NCBI GenBank assembly: GCA_022705325.1 | Contig: JAKJER010000032.1 | Location: forward strand, 3,152 to 67,151 | Origin: Planctomycetota bacterium | GTDB lineage: Bacteria > Planctomycetota > Phycisphaerae > SM23-33 | Direction: 5' to 3' | Length of the DNA: 64,000 nt | In this document: positions 9,291 to 18,000 of the stretch, in pieces | How the letters are laid out: every line of letters begins with the position of its first letter | Numbering within the stretch: position 1 is the stretch's first letter | Notes under the pieces: generated by a model | The model's input: the letters and a program-made list of their open reading frames with translations, nothing else | Told to the model about the DNA's origin: nothing | Databases searched by the model: none | Position numbers and translations under genes: made by a program

Positions 9291-12110
9291 CTACCGGGGG
9301 CTTCGCCCACTCTCTTTGTTGGCAGACTCGGACTGGTCGTACACCTTGCGATGTTGCAGTATGGCCTCTCGGTTGCGGGCTTCGACGGCCCGCCGCTGGG
9401 CGTAGTAGTCCAGGCGTTTCTGATGATCCTCGCAGGGGCGGAAGCCGGGCTTATCCGCCCCCGGGCTTTTCGCCAGGACGGCCTGGCCGGCGCGGATCAG
9501 GGCCAGCGCCTCGCGGTAGCCGTCGCTGTCGGGGCTGGCGAACGCCTGAAGGCAAAGGCTCAGCTCCGGGCGGGTAAAGTTGATCGGCATGGCCTTGGTG
9601 CAGACCAGTTGGGCCAGCCGCTCGCCCGAGTAGCGGTTGACGGAGTTCCAGCCCCACGGCTTGCCCCGCGGCCCGGCCAGCAGCACCTGCCCCAGGCGCA
9701 GCAGTTGCTTGTGGTCCAGCGGGCTGCGACCGAAGGTGTGGGTGGGGAAGTTCGTCGCGTGCGTCGGATAGTAGGGGGCGTTGAGGTCGATCCACGTCGC
9801 GACGCGGTCGAGTTCCTCGCGGCTGAGCTTCACGTCGTTGTGGCCGGCGCGGAGCATGTCGATCAGCCTGCTGCGGCAGGAGCCCCATGTGCGGGCGGCG
9901 ATGGTCCGCGTAGGCCCCGAGCCGGGCGTGGAGATCAGCGGCTTGACCTCGCCCGCGCGCGGGGGCGACCAGACGGCCGGCGAGGCGGCCATCAGGTGGC
10001 AGTACGAGGCGTTGAAGACCACGCCCGTGTCGCCGCAGAGGATCATCTTGGCCGCGCCCTTCTTGCCGTAGTCGTGGCAGCCGATGCAGTGCTTGTCCAG
10101 CACGGGCTGGACCTCGGCGGCGTAGTTGAAGATCCGCTCGTTTCCGTGCCAGGGCGCGATCCGGCTGGGCGGGCGGCGCAGAGCCTGCGGCGTCTTACGG
10201 GCGTACGGCGGGGCGGTCTCGCGCCGCTCGTGGCAGCCGACGCAGCCGAGCGTCTCGCCGGGCTCGATGCTCGTGCCGCTCCGCATGGAGTGCACCAGCA
10301 GCCCGTTTTCGTCCAGGAGCTGGAAGTACACGAAACGCCCAGCCGGCAAGGCGAAGTGGGCCGAGCCGTCCGCCTCCACCGGCACGGTCCCCAGGACGCG
10401 CTTGTGGTTGTAGTGGTGCCAGTTGACGGCCACCGGGTGGTGGGCGTCACCGTCGGCGGGCGGCGTCCAGTCGCCGATCCCGGCGGGCGGGAACGTCAAC
10501 TTCGGCGGGGCCTCGACGATCCGGATCGCCCGCACCGTCCCGCGTTCCACGCCGGCCATCTCCGCGCCCTCGTACACGTCCTGGACGTAGAAGACGCCCT
10601 CGTCGCGGGCCAGGTCGATCCGCGGCTCGACCACCCGCGGGCGGGGCCGCGGGCCCAGCGGCATGGGGTCGAAGCACCCCGGCGCCTCGTAGTGCACCAG
10701 CACCTCGTTGCCGAACACGTCCACCAGGAAGATCCCCATTTCGCCCGTCCGCCGCTCGTCCAGCGAACGCGAGCAGAGGAAGTACTTCTCCGACAGCGGC
10801 CAGGGGTCCTCGTGTTTCACCCGCAGGCGGCGAAAGCTGTCGTACCCGCCGCCGACCCGGCCCACCTGGTCCCACTGGTTCATGTACCCGCTGATGTCGG
10901 CGGGCCAACTCCGCACGATCGGCTCGAAGCCTTCCAGCCCCCTGGCAGGATCGACCAGGACCATCGCTCCCCAGCCCAGTTCGTGCACGGCCGTGTAGAC
11001 GCAGACGATCTTGCTTGTCCCGCTCACCTGCCGCGCGTCGACCATCGGCCCCGGCTGCCATTCGTACCCGCCGAAGAACCGGGCGTGGTTAGCCCCATCC
11101 GGGTTCACCGTCCACAGCCCGTAGGCGGACGCGAAGTGCTTGTCCACGTACTCCCATCGGGTGTAGAGGACGCGCCCGTCATCGAGCAGGCTGGAACGGC
11201 CCTCGAACTGGGTGTTGTGTCCGATCTGGCGGATGTTCGAGCCGTCGGCGTTCATGACGTGCAGGTTGGCCATGAGGTGTCGCTGGCACGGGATGTACTT
11301 GGGCTCGCGAGTGGAGCTGAAGAGGATCTGCCCGTTGGGCAGGTAGACCGGCTGGATGTCGCTGACGCGCGGGGCGAAGGTGAGCTGGCGGAGCGGGCCC
11401 GCGGCGGGGCCGTCCTTCAGTTCCAGCTCGTAGAGGTGGTAGTCGTCCCGGATGTCGCGTCGGATGGACAGCAACACGCGGCAGCCGTCGAAGCTGACCT
11501 CCGGGTCGCGCACGACGCCCGCAGGCTGCTCCAGCAGCGTGCCCGCGCTCGTCGAGCCGTCGGGGCCGACCCGCAGCAGCTTCAGGCTCCCGCCCCCGCG
11601 GAAGTGCTGGGTGCAGATCTCTCCCGTCTGGTACATCGTCTCTTCGGTGCCGTGCGTGTTGACGTACTGCCCGCGCGTCACGAAGAGGATCGGCTGGGCC
11701 GTCAGAAGGGGGTTGGCCAGCAGGGCCCGGCGCTGGAGAGCATGCAGGCCGGCCTGATCGCCGGCCGCCTGGAGGCGGTCGAGATCGGCCAGGTGCTGCT
11801 TTGCCTGGGGATAGTCCTGTCCAAACGTCGCGGCCAGGTCCTGGATCGCCGCTCGCAGAGCCTGGACGTCGACGGCGCCGCCCGGAGGAGCAGACGGCGC
11901 TGCCGCCAACACCGACGGGATCAGAAGCAAGGTTGTGCTTAGAATGACAGATCTGGCCCATCGCGCCCGGCTAAGACTCCCCCGGCCCCTGTGCTGGCTG
12001 TTACCCACATCTTTCGCAGGGGCGACCCCCGCCGGTTCATCCGGCGGGTGAAGGAGTCTGAGTGGGCTAGCCTGCGGCCGGAATCCTCTCCCCGGCCCCT
12101 GCCGGTTCAT
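9291..12110 (-). CDS. Large exported TolB-like beta-propeller plus two-CXXCH (PSCyt-like) protein with hydrazine-synthase-alpha-like architecture
   Basis: PD40/TolB-like repeats (SFDGCRVLLS, LPNGQILFSS, NADGSNIRQI, LDDGRVLYTRWEY, NPDGANH). The C-terminal part has CVGCH and VQPVLDKHCIGCH. It is a paralog of 47950-50943. The start is uncertain. The only upstream in-frame ATG (12110) lies in a repeated hairpin. The signal-like SVILSTTLLLIPSVLAAA begins near 11950 with no in-frame ATG or GTG. Confidence 0.7.
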   Translation of the reverse strand: MNRQGPGRGFRPQASPLRLLHPPDEPAGVAPAKDVGNSQHRGRGSLSRARWARSVILSTTLLLIPSVLAAAPSAPPGGAVDVQALRAAIQDLAATFGQDYPQAKQHLADLDRLQAAGDQAGLHALQRRALLANPLLTAQPILFVTRGQYVNTHGTEETMYQTGEICTQHFRGGGSLKLLRVGPDGSTSAGTLLEQPAGVVRDPEVSFDGCRVLLSIRRDIRDDYHLYELELKDGPAAGPLRQLTFAPRVSDIQPVYLPNGQILFSSTREPKYIPCQRHLMANLHVMNADGSNIRQIGHNTQFEGRSSLLDDGRVLYTRWEYVDKHFASAYGLWTVNPDGANHARFFGGYEWQPGPMVDARQVSGTSKIVCVYTAVHELGWGAMVLVDPARGLEGFEPIVRSWPADISGYMNQWDQVGRVGGGYDSFRRLRVKHEDPWPLSEKYFLCSRSLDERRTGEMGIFLVDVFGNEVLVHYEAPGCFDPMPLGPRPRPRVVEPRIDLARDEGVFYVQDVYEGAEMAGVERGTVRAIRIVEAPPKLTFPPAGIGDWTPPADGDAHHPVAVNWHHYNHKRVLGTVPVEADGSAHFALPAGRFVYFQLLDENGLLVHSMRSGTSIEPGETLGCVGCHERRETAPPYARKTPQALRRPPSRIAPWHGNERIFNYAAEVQPVLDKHCIGCHDYGKKGAAKMILCGDTGVVFNASYCHLMAASPAVWSPPRAGEVKPLISTPGSGPTRTIAARTWGSCRSRLIDMLRAGHNDVKLSREELDRVATWIDLNAPYYPTHATNFPTHTFGRSPLDHKQLLRLGQVLLAGPRGKPWGWNSVNRYSGERLAQLVCTKAMPINFTRPELSLCLQAFASPDSDGYREALALIRAGQAVLAKSPGADKPGFRPCEDHQKRLDYYAQRRAVEARNREAILQHRKVYDQSESANKESGRSPR

Positions 12111-12262
12111 CCGGCAGGGGAAGAAGTCTCGCCGCTGGTAGTCGGCTCCGAATAGCCAGGCAAACTTGTTCACCTGCCGCTCAAGGCGGCAGGGGCCCGG
12201 CCGAATCCGGGCCGTGGCTAGCTCACCCAAACTGATCCACCTGCCGCCCAAGGCGGCAGGGG
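12026..12262. repeat. Array of four related 25-nt GC-rich palindromic repeats with about 70-bp periodicity
   Basis: CCCCCGCCGGTTCATCCGGCGGGTG (12026), CCCCTGCCGGTTCATCCGGCAGGGG (12096), CACCTGCCGCTCAAGGCGGCAGGGG (12171), CACCTGCCGCCCAAGGCGGCAGGGG (12238). Each forms an 8-10-bp stem with a 5-nt loop. The spacers share short motifs (GGCTAGC, CCGAAT). Confidence 0.8.
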
Positions 12263-12405
12263 TCAAGACGTGGGTAACAGCAAGCGCAGTGGCGGGGGGG
12301 AGCGGTGATTTGAACGGCTTGCCCAGCCGACCGGTCATTGGCTTGCCCCCGTCCCCGAGGGAGGGTAAGCCTTCCGAAGATGTCCGAGCCAATTGGTGCA
12401 CTACC

Positions 12406-14076
12406 CTAGCTTGACCGCAGCAACAGGCAGAAGCAAGCCCCATACTCGTGCGCGTCCTCGACGGCGAGTGTGCCGCCCATGCTGCGGGCCAGGCGCCGGC
12501 AGATGGTCAGGCCCAGGCCCACGCCTTGCTTGCCACCGGCCATCTCCTGGCGCAGGCGGGCGAAGGCCCGGAAGAGCTTGCGCCGGTCGCGCCGGGCGAT
12601 GCCCGGGCCGTGATCGCGCACCCGCAGGCGGGCCCAGCCGTCGCGGACTTCCGCCTCCAGGTGGATTCTCTTGTCGTCGGCGGAGGCGGCGTACTTGCAC
12701 GCGTTGTCCACCAGGTTGAACAGGACCAGTTCCGTCGCCCACGGGTCGGCCCGCACCGTCGTAGCCGCCGCCTTGTCGTCCATCCGAACGTCCAATTCCA
12801 TGCCCGCCTGGGCACAGTGGTCCCGGAGGCGCTGCACGCAGCCGTCGAGCAGCCCGCCCAGGGGGACGCTGGCGGCGGCCAGGTCGGCGGGGCGGCTTTC
12901 CAGGCGGGAGTAGGTCAGCACGTTCTCGACCAGGTGGGTCAGGCGGTTGGATTCGGCGTGGAGGGTGTCGAGGTAGTCCTGGCGGCGGTCGTCGGCGACG
13001 ATGCCGTCGCGGAGCATCTCGCTGTACATGCGGAAGGTGGTCAGCGGGGTCCGCAATTCGTGGGTGACGGAAGAGACGAAGTCCCCTCGCCGCCGCCCCA
13101 GCGCCAGCGCCCCGCCCAGCAGGGCCGCCACCGCCCCGGCCGCCACCAGCAGGCAGACCCACGCGATCAGCAGGCTGGTGCGGATGGGGGAGGTCGCCTG
13201 GGTGCTGTAGCGGACCTCGCCCGGGATCAGCCTCACGGGCAGCCCCGCCAGCAGGCGGTCGCCTCGCTCGGCGGCCCCGCCTGTGGCGGGCTCGAGACGA
13301 GCGTTGGGCAGCAGGTCCTTAACGCTGGTGAGCAGCGAACTGCGAAGCCCCGGCCAGTCCATCCAGCAGCCCTGGACATAGAGCCTGCCGGCGGCCTTGA
13401 CCTTGCGGGCGACCAGCAGTTCGCCGCCCATCCAAAGCGGCTGAAGGGGGCCCAGGTGCACGTCGTCGGCCTCGATTCGCGGGGTCATCTGCTGCTGCAT
13501 CTGGTTAAGGGTGTTGGCCGCCACCGCGGCGCGGGCCCGCATCTCGCCCATATTGCGCATCGACTGTCCGCCGAAAGCTTCATTGCCGGTGCTCGTCAGG
13601 CCCGCCAACTCCAGCGGGGCGGGCGCCAACTGGGCATCCGGCAACTGGGTCAGCAGCGCGTCGGGTCGCAGCAGGCTGGTGAACTGCTGCTCCACCGACG
13701 GGCGGGAGTCCGGTGTCGGTGCTTCGGGGCCCGCAGGCGCGGCGGGCGGCTTGTACGCCTGCGGGTCCAGCGTGAACCGCCGGATGACGACAACGGGGCT
13801 ATCGCCGGTATCCGTGGGGCGGTGCGAGGTGACGGACAGGCCGCTTCGCCCCGGCCGGGTCAGCGGCTGAATGTGCTCCTGGAACAGCAGGGCCGGCACG
13901 GCCGCGTCCATCCGCCACAGGGCCAGGCGGGCGGCCTCTTCCAGTTCCGCTTGGCACGCCGCCGTCGTCCGGGCCTCATCCAGTCGCAGGACGGTCCAAC
14001 TCACCCACGCCATCACGCCCAATACGACCGCCAGGGCCAGGGAGAAGATCAACCAGATGCGTAAGGTGCTCTTCAT
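12406..14076 (-). CDS. Sensor histidine kinase with a long periplasmic sensor domain
   Basis: TM1 LRIWLIFSLALAVVLGVMAWV, about 290 aa of extracytoplasmic region, then TM2. H-box FVSSVTHELRTPLTT, N-box LFNLVDNACKY, G-boxes DHGPGI and GVGLGL. The start is placed at MKSTL (14076). The ATG at 14145 would translate through a 30-bp palindrome. Confidence 0.85.
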   Translation of the reverse strand: MKSTLRIWLIFSLALAVVLGVMAWVSWTVLRLDEARTTAACQAELEEAARLALWRMDAAVPALLFQEHIQPLTRPGRSGLSVTSHRPTDTGDSPVVVIRRFTLDPQAYKPPAAPAGPEAPTPDSRPSVEQQFTSLLRPDALLTQLPDAQLAPAPLELAGLTSTGNEAFGGQSMRNMGEMRARAAVAANTLNQMQQQMTPRIEADDVHLGPLQPLWMGGELLVARKVKAAGRLYVQGCWMDWPGLRSSLLTSVKDLLPNARLEPATGGAAERGDRLLAGLPVRLIPGEVRYSTQATSPIRTSLLIAWVCLLVAAGAVAALLGGALALGRRRGDFVSSVTHELRTPLTTFRMYSEMLRDGIVADDRRQDYLDTLHAESNRLTHLVENVLTYSRLESRPADLAAASVPLGGLLDGCVQRLRDHCAQAGMELDVRMDDKAAATTVRADPWATELVLFNLVDNACKYAASADDKRIHLEAEVRDGWARLRVRDHGPGIARRDRRKLFRAFARLRQEMAGGKQGVGLGLTICRRLARSMGGTLAVEDAHEYGACFCLLLRSS

Positions 14077-14104
14077 GTATTTCTTCCATACGCGCACAGG
14101 GTCC

Positions 14105-14134
14105 AAAGCCCACGGAAGGCCTTCCGTGGGCTTT
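14105..14134. other. 30-bp perfect palindrome between the response-regulator and kinase genes
   Basis: AAAGCCCACGGAAGGCCTTCCGTGGGCTTT is self-complementary. A GC-rich stem flanked by A3/T3 looks like a weak bidirectional terminator or processing hairpin. Confidence 0.6.
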
Positions 14135-14148
14135 CCGGCACGCATTGC

Positions 14149-14859
14149 TCATTCGTTGTCGACCTGCTCTTGCGCATACATGTACCCTTTGCCCCGCACG
14201 GTCAGCAGGACGCGGGGATCGCTCACGTCGTCGCGGAGCTTTTCGCGCAGGCGGGCCACGTGCATGTCCACCGTGCGGGTGACGATGTTCGCCGTCGAGC
14301 CCAGGCCCCACACCCGGGCGAGGATCTCGTCGCGAGAGACCGCCCGGTTGGCGTTGCGGACCAGGTAGCGCAGCAGCTCCATCTCCCGCTGCGACAGCTC
14401 GCAGCGCTGCCCGTCGTCGAAACGAAGCTCGCAGCGGTCCAGGTCGGCCGTCCCGCCCGGGATGGCGAAGCGGCGCAGGTCGCTGGGGCGTTCCGCCGAG
14501 CGGCGCAGCACCGCCTCCACGCGGGCAAGCAGTTCCTTCACGCTGAAGGGCTTGACGATGTAATCGTCGGCCCCCAGCTTGAGCCCGCGGACGCGGTCGC
14601 CCTCCTGTCCCAACGCCGTCAGGATGATCACCGCTACGGCGGGGCGAACCTGGCGGAGTTGCTGGAGGATCTCCAGCCCCGCCACCTTCGGCAGCATCAG
14701 GTCCAGCAGCAGGAGGTCGTACTCCGCCGTCAAGGCCAACTCAAGTCCGGCCTTTCCATCGGCCGCCTCCAGCGGCATGTAGCCGCTGTGGGCAAGGGCG
14801 TCCACCAGTCCACGCCGGATAGGGGCCTCGTCCTCGATGACCAGGATGCGCTGGGGCAT
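14149..14859 (-). CDS. OmpR/PhoB-family response regulator
   Basis: Receiver domain (ILVIEDE ... DLLLLDLMLP ... KP) and a C-terminal winged helix (LSQREMELLRYLVRNANRAVSRDEIL ... RGKGY). Confidence 0.9.
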   Translation of the reverse strand: MPQRILVIEDEAPIRRGLVDALAHSGYMPLEAADGKAGLELALTAEYDLLLLDLMLPKVAGLEILQQLRQVRPAVAVIILTALGQEGDRVRGLKLGADDYIVKPFSVKELLARVEAVLRRSAERPSDLRRFAIPGGTADLDRCELRFDDGQRCELSQREMELLRYLVRNANRAVSRDEILARVWGLGSTANIVTRTVDMHVARLREKLRDDVSDPRVLLTVRGKGYMYAQEQVDNE

Positions 14860-15030
14860 GGGGCTATTCTACCTCGAATTCCAACCACAGAGGACACTGA
14901 GATCACAGAGATATATCTCTTCTTTCATTGCGTGTTCCAGACGCCGGGAAACGCATCCCGCTGGTTTGGATATTGAAGCATGTGGATATCGGAAATTGAC
15001 TGGTCATTGAAAATTGGTCATTGGTCATTT
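14860..15030 (-). promoter_or_regulatory. Low-GC repeat-rich control region upstream of the response regulator, overlapping the alpha-2-macroglobulin stop codon
   Basis: The minus strand reads TGACCAATGACCAATTTTCAATGACCAGTCAATTTCCGATATCCACATGCTTCAATATCCA. This holds AATGACCA x3, ATATCCA x2 and CAATTT x2. There is also a 14-bp palindrome AGAGATATATCTCT near 14907 and a TAGAAT 6 nt before the regulator ATG. Confidence 0.4.
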
Positions 15031-18000
15031 CCCCGCCGCCGCCACTTTCGCCGGCTGTTCGTCCACGACCTTCAGGCGGAACGTCCCGCTGTGGCCGCGG
15101 ACATCGCTGTCGTACATCATCTCGGCCTGGGCGGGCGGCAGGACGTACTCGCCCGCCATCTCGGCCAGGAACACGCACGAATCCTGGACGTTGCCCGTCT
15201 GCTCGTGGTGGAAGAGCACGCCGACGGTCTTGTCCTCCCGCAACACGCAGTTCGAGCGGGCGGCCGAGAACCGCTTGTCGTCAGCCGGAATGATCTCAGC
15301 CGACGAGGGCTTGGGGTTGCAGACCAGCAGGTAGCGCATCGTGGCTCCGTCCTGCTTCTGCACGGTCACGCTGCTGAGCAGGTAGCTGCCCCTGGGCACC
15401 GTGTCTCCGTTTCGCAGTTCGCGGACGGCCTGGCCAGACTCGTTCAACAAGGTCAGGCGTCGGGCAACGCTCACGCCGACAGCCGAGGGCGCCAGGTCCT
15501 GCCCGCTTCGCCGATGGCGCAGGACCAGGCGGAACATCGTGCCCGGGCAGGCCTTCTCGAAGGCGACGACGTTCCGCCCGCTCTTCAGGGCGGCGCCCTC
15601 CAGCCGGACGCGGGCGGTCAACCCGTCGGACAGGTCCACCGTCCGGGCCGGGCCGTCGTTGATCGTCATGCGGACCTGCCTGCTGACCTGGCCCGAGCCG
15701 TCCTGGCGGAAGAGGTACTCGCACATGGCGAAGAGGACCATGGCTGTGTCCTTGGTCGAGTTCCAGCGGTTGCCCCGCTTGGTGCGGGCGAAGTAGTCCA
15801 GGATGCCCGGGATCAGCTTCTCGTCGTGGTTGTGCACGGCGAAGGCCTTGAGCACGGCCGCGGTGATCTCGAACGGGTCGTTTCCCCAGCGGGAGAAGCC
15901 CGCGGTGGTCCAGTGCAGCCCATGCGAATCCTCGCGGACCCGCTTCCTCAGGGCGGTCGCCAGGCGGGCGGCCAGCTCCCCGCGTCCCTTCCGCGCCGCC
16001 ACCTCCAGCGACAGGGCCAGCGCGTAATCGCTCAGCTTGCCGCGGTCCACCTCCGCCTCGATGAAGTCCCACCAGGCCTTCTCCAGGTCCGCGTGGAACG
16101 ACCACACGTACATGCAGTAGATCCGGTCGGCTGCCTGGGGCTGGCCCATGGCGTCGATGAACGCCTTGAGGCGGTTGAGCCCACGCTGGATCGCCTGTTC
16201 GTCCACGCCGTACCCGGCCGCCCGCGCCTCCAGCAGCCCATACAAGGCGTACGGCGTCATCATCTCGTGCGTCTGCCCGTTGCCCTGCCAACCCCAGCCG
16301 CCGTCGCCCTTCTGAAGCTGGAGCAGCCGCTTGATCCCGGCGTCCACGCAGCCGGGAAGCTTGGCCTTCAGGCCCGGGTGCTCGATGCGATACCGCTTGA
16401 GGATCTGGGCCACCTTGATCGCCGGCAGGAAGCGGCTCATCGTCTGCTCCACGCACCCGTGCGGGTACTCGACCAGGTACTCCAGCGTGTCGGCCATGTC
16501 CGCCGCCAGCGAGGGCACGACCACCACGTCCAGGCTCGCCTTGGCCAGGTCCACGTCCGCGGGCACGTCCAGTTCCGCGCCGGCCTTGCAGTAGCCCGAG
16601 CGGGTAATCAGTTCTTCCGCGGCCGGGCACACCACGGGCAGTCGTTTGAGCGACGCGTCCGACCCAGCCGGGCAGGTCGCGGTCATCAACAACTGCGTGA
16701 AGCCCGCGGTGCCCGGCGCGAACGTCCAATAGACCGGCGCGTCGGAGCGGGCGGCGACGACCACGAGCTTCTCTTCCTCGTCCAGCACGCTGCCGTTGTC
16801 CACCTTGAGCCGCACGCGGAGCGTCTGGTCCCGGTCGGTGGTGTTGTGAACCGCGGCAAACAGACGGACCCGGTCGCCCTCGACGAACACCCGCGGCACC
16901 ATCGGCCAGACCATGATCGGGCGCGTCGAGCGGAAGCTGGTCTTGTGCTGGCCCACGTGCATGTCGCGCGACACCGCCGTGGCTACCACGTGCCAGTTGG
17001 TGATCGAATCGGGGAGCTTGAACTCGACGACGGCCCGCCCGTTCGCGTCCGTGCGGAGCGTCGCGTTCCAGCAGGCCGAGTCGGAAAAATCGGTGCGCAC
17101 CGCGACCTGTCCGGCCATCGCGTCCGGCTGGATGAGTTCGATGGCGGGCCCAGCCGGCATGTGCGAGATGAACGACTGCCCGCTGGCCGAGTACATGGCG
17201 TTGGCGCTGGCGGAGAAGTGGGCGTCGCCTCGCGCCTGGTAGCGGGCCTGCCCGGCGTAGCGAGCGATGTTGCGAGCCGTCTCGGCCATGCGGCGCGGAT
17301 TGACCTCTTCCAGGCAGACGACCCCGCCGCGGCAGCGGAACCTCAAGTGCGTGCCGTCGGGCGTTCTTGCGTCCAGCAGGTCGGCCAGGCGGCAGGGGGG
17401 CTGCTTGTTGTCGTTGACGCGGGCATACCACGAACAGCCCCACCTGGCGTCGTAGCGGGCGGCGACGCCGGCGGCCTCCAGCAGGCCCATCACGTGGTAG
17501 GTGTTGATGTTCTGGCCCGGGCTGACGGTCGCAACCGCCTGGAGCAGGTTGTCGTAGTCGTCCCGGACGACCGACGGCTTGGCCGCCTTGGCCATGGCGA
17601 CGGCCTGTTCGACGGTCAACTCGCCCAAGCGGCGGCGGAGCAGGTCGGCCCCGGCCTGGTCGGCGGCGCGGAGGTCGGCCAGGAAGAAGTCGCGGATGTC
17701 CGTGCGGCGGTCGGGCGCGACGGCCAGCAGCGACTGGTCGTACACCGAGACCACCAGGTCGACCGGTTCGTTGCGGTTGACCTGGAAGTCGAGACGGACC
17801 TTCTGGCCCGGGCGGCAGTCGGCGGGCGTCTTCGCGTCGATGCGGAGAGTGCGGTCGTCGGGGCGGACGCGGAAGATCTGCTGCGCGACGTGCACCCGCG
17901 ACGGGGTCGGGTACTGGACGGCCAGGCTGCATCCGTAGGACAGGCCCGGCGGAAGGGAAAGCGAAAATCGCCCGGTCGAGCCTTCGAGCTGGAGAGTCTG

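Noticed and set aside
11179-11961. A 260-aa ORF starting at an ATG with a good GGGGGAG upstream.
   Set aside because: Its translation is Arg/Pro/Gly-rich nonsense and it lies inside, but out of frame with, the propeller-cytochrome gene. Only its start codon is interesting (see the frame-problem finding).
12026-12262. The regularly spaced palindromic repeats looked like a small CRISPR array.
   Set aside because: The four repeats are not identical (two subtypes differ in stem and loop). The 'spacers' share motifs with each other. There are only four units, and no cas genes or leader are present in the window. A REP-like or terminator array fits better.
14077-14145. Kinase start at the ATG 3 nt after the regulator stop (translational coupling).
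   Set aside because: It would translate through a 30-bp perfect palindrome and add 23 non-hydrophobic residues before the first TM helix. The ATG at 14076 gives a typical N-terminus. The upstream start is not excluded.
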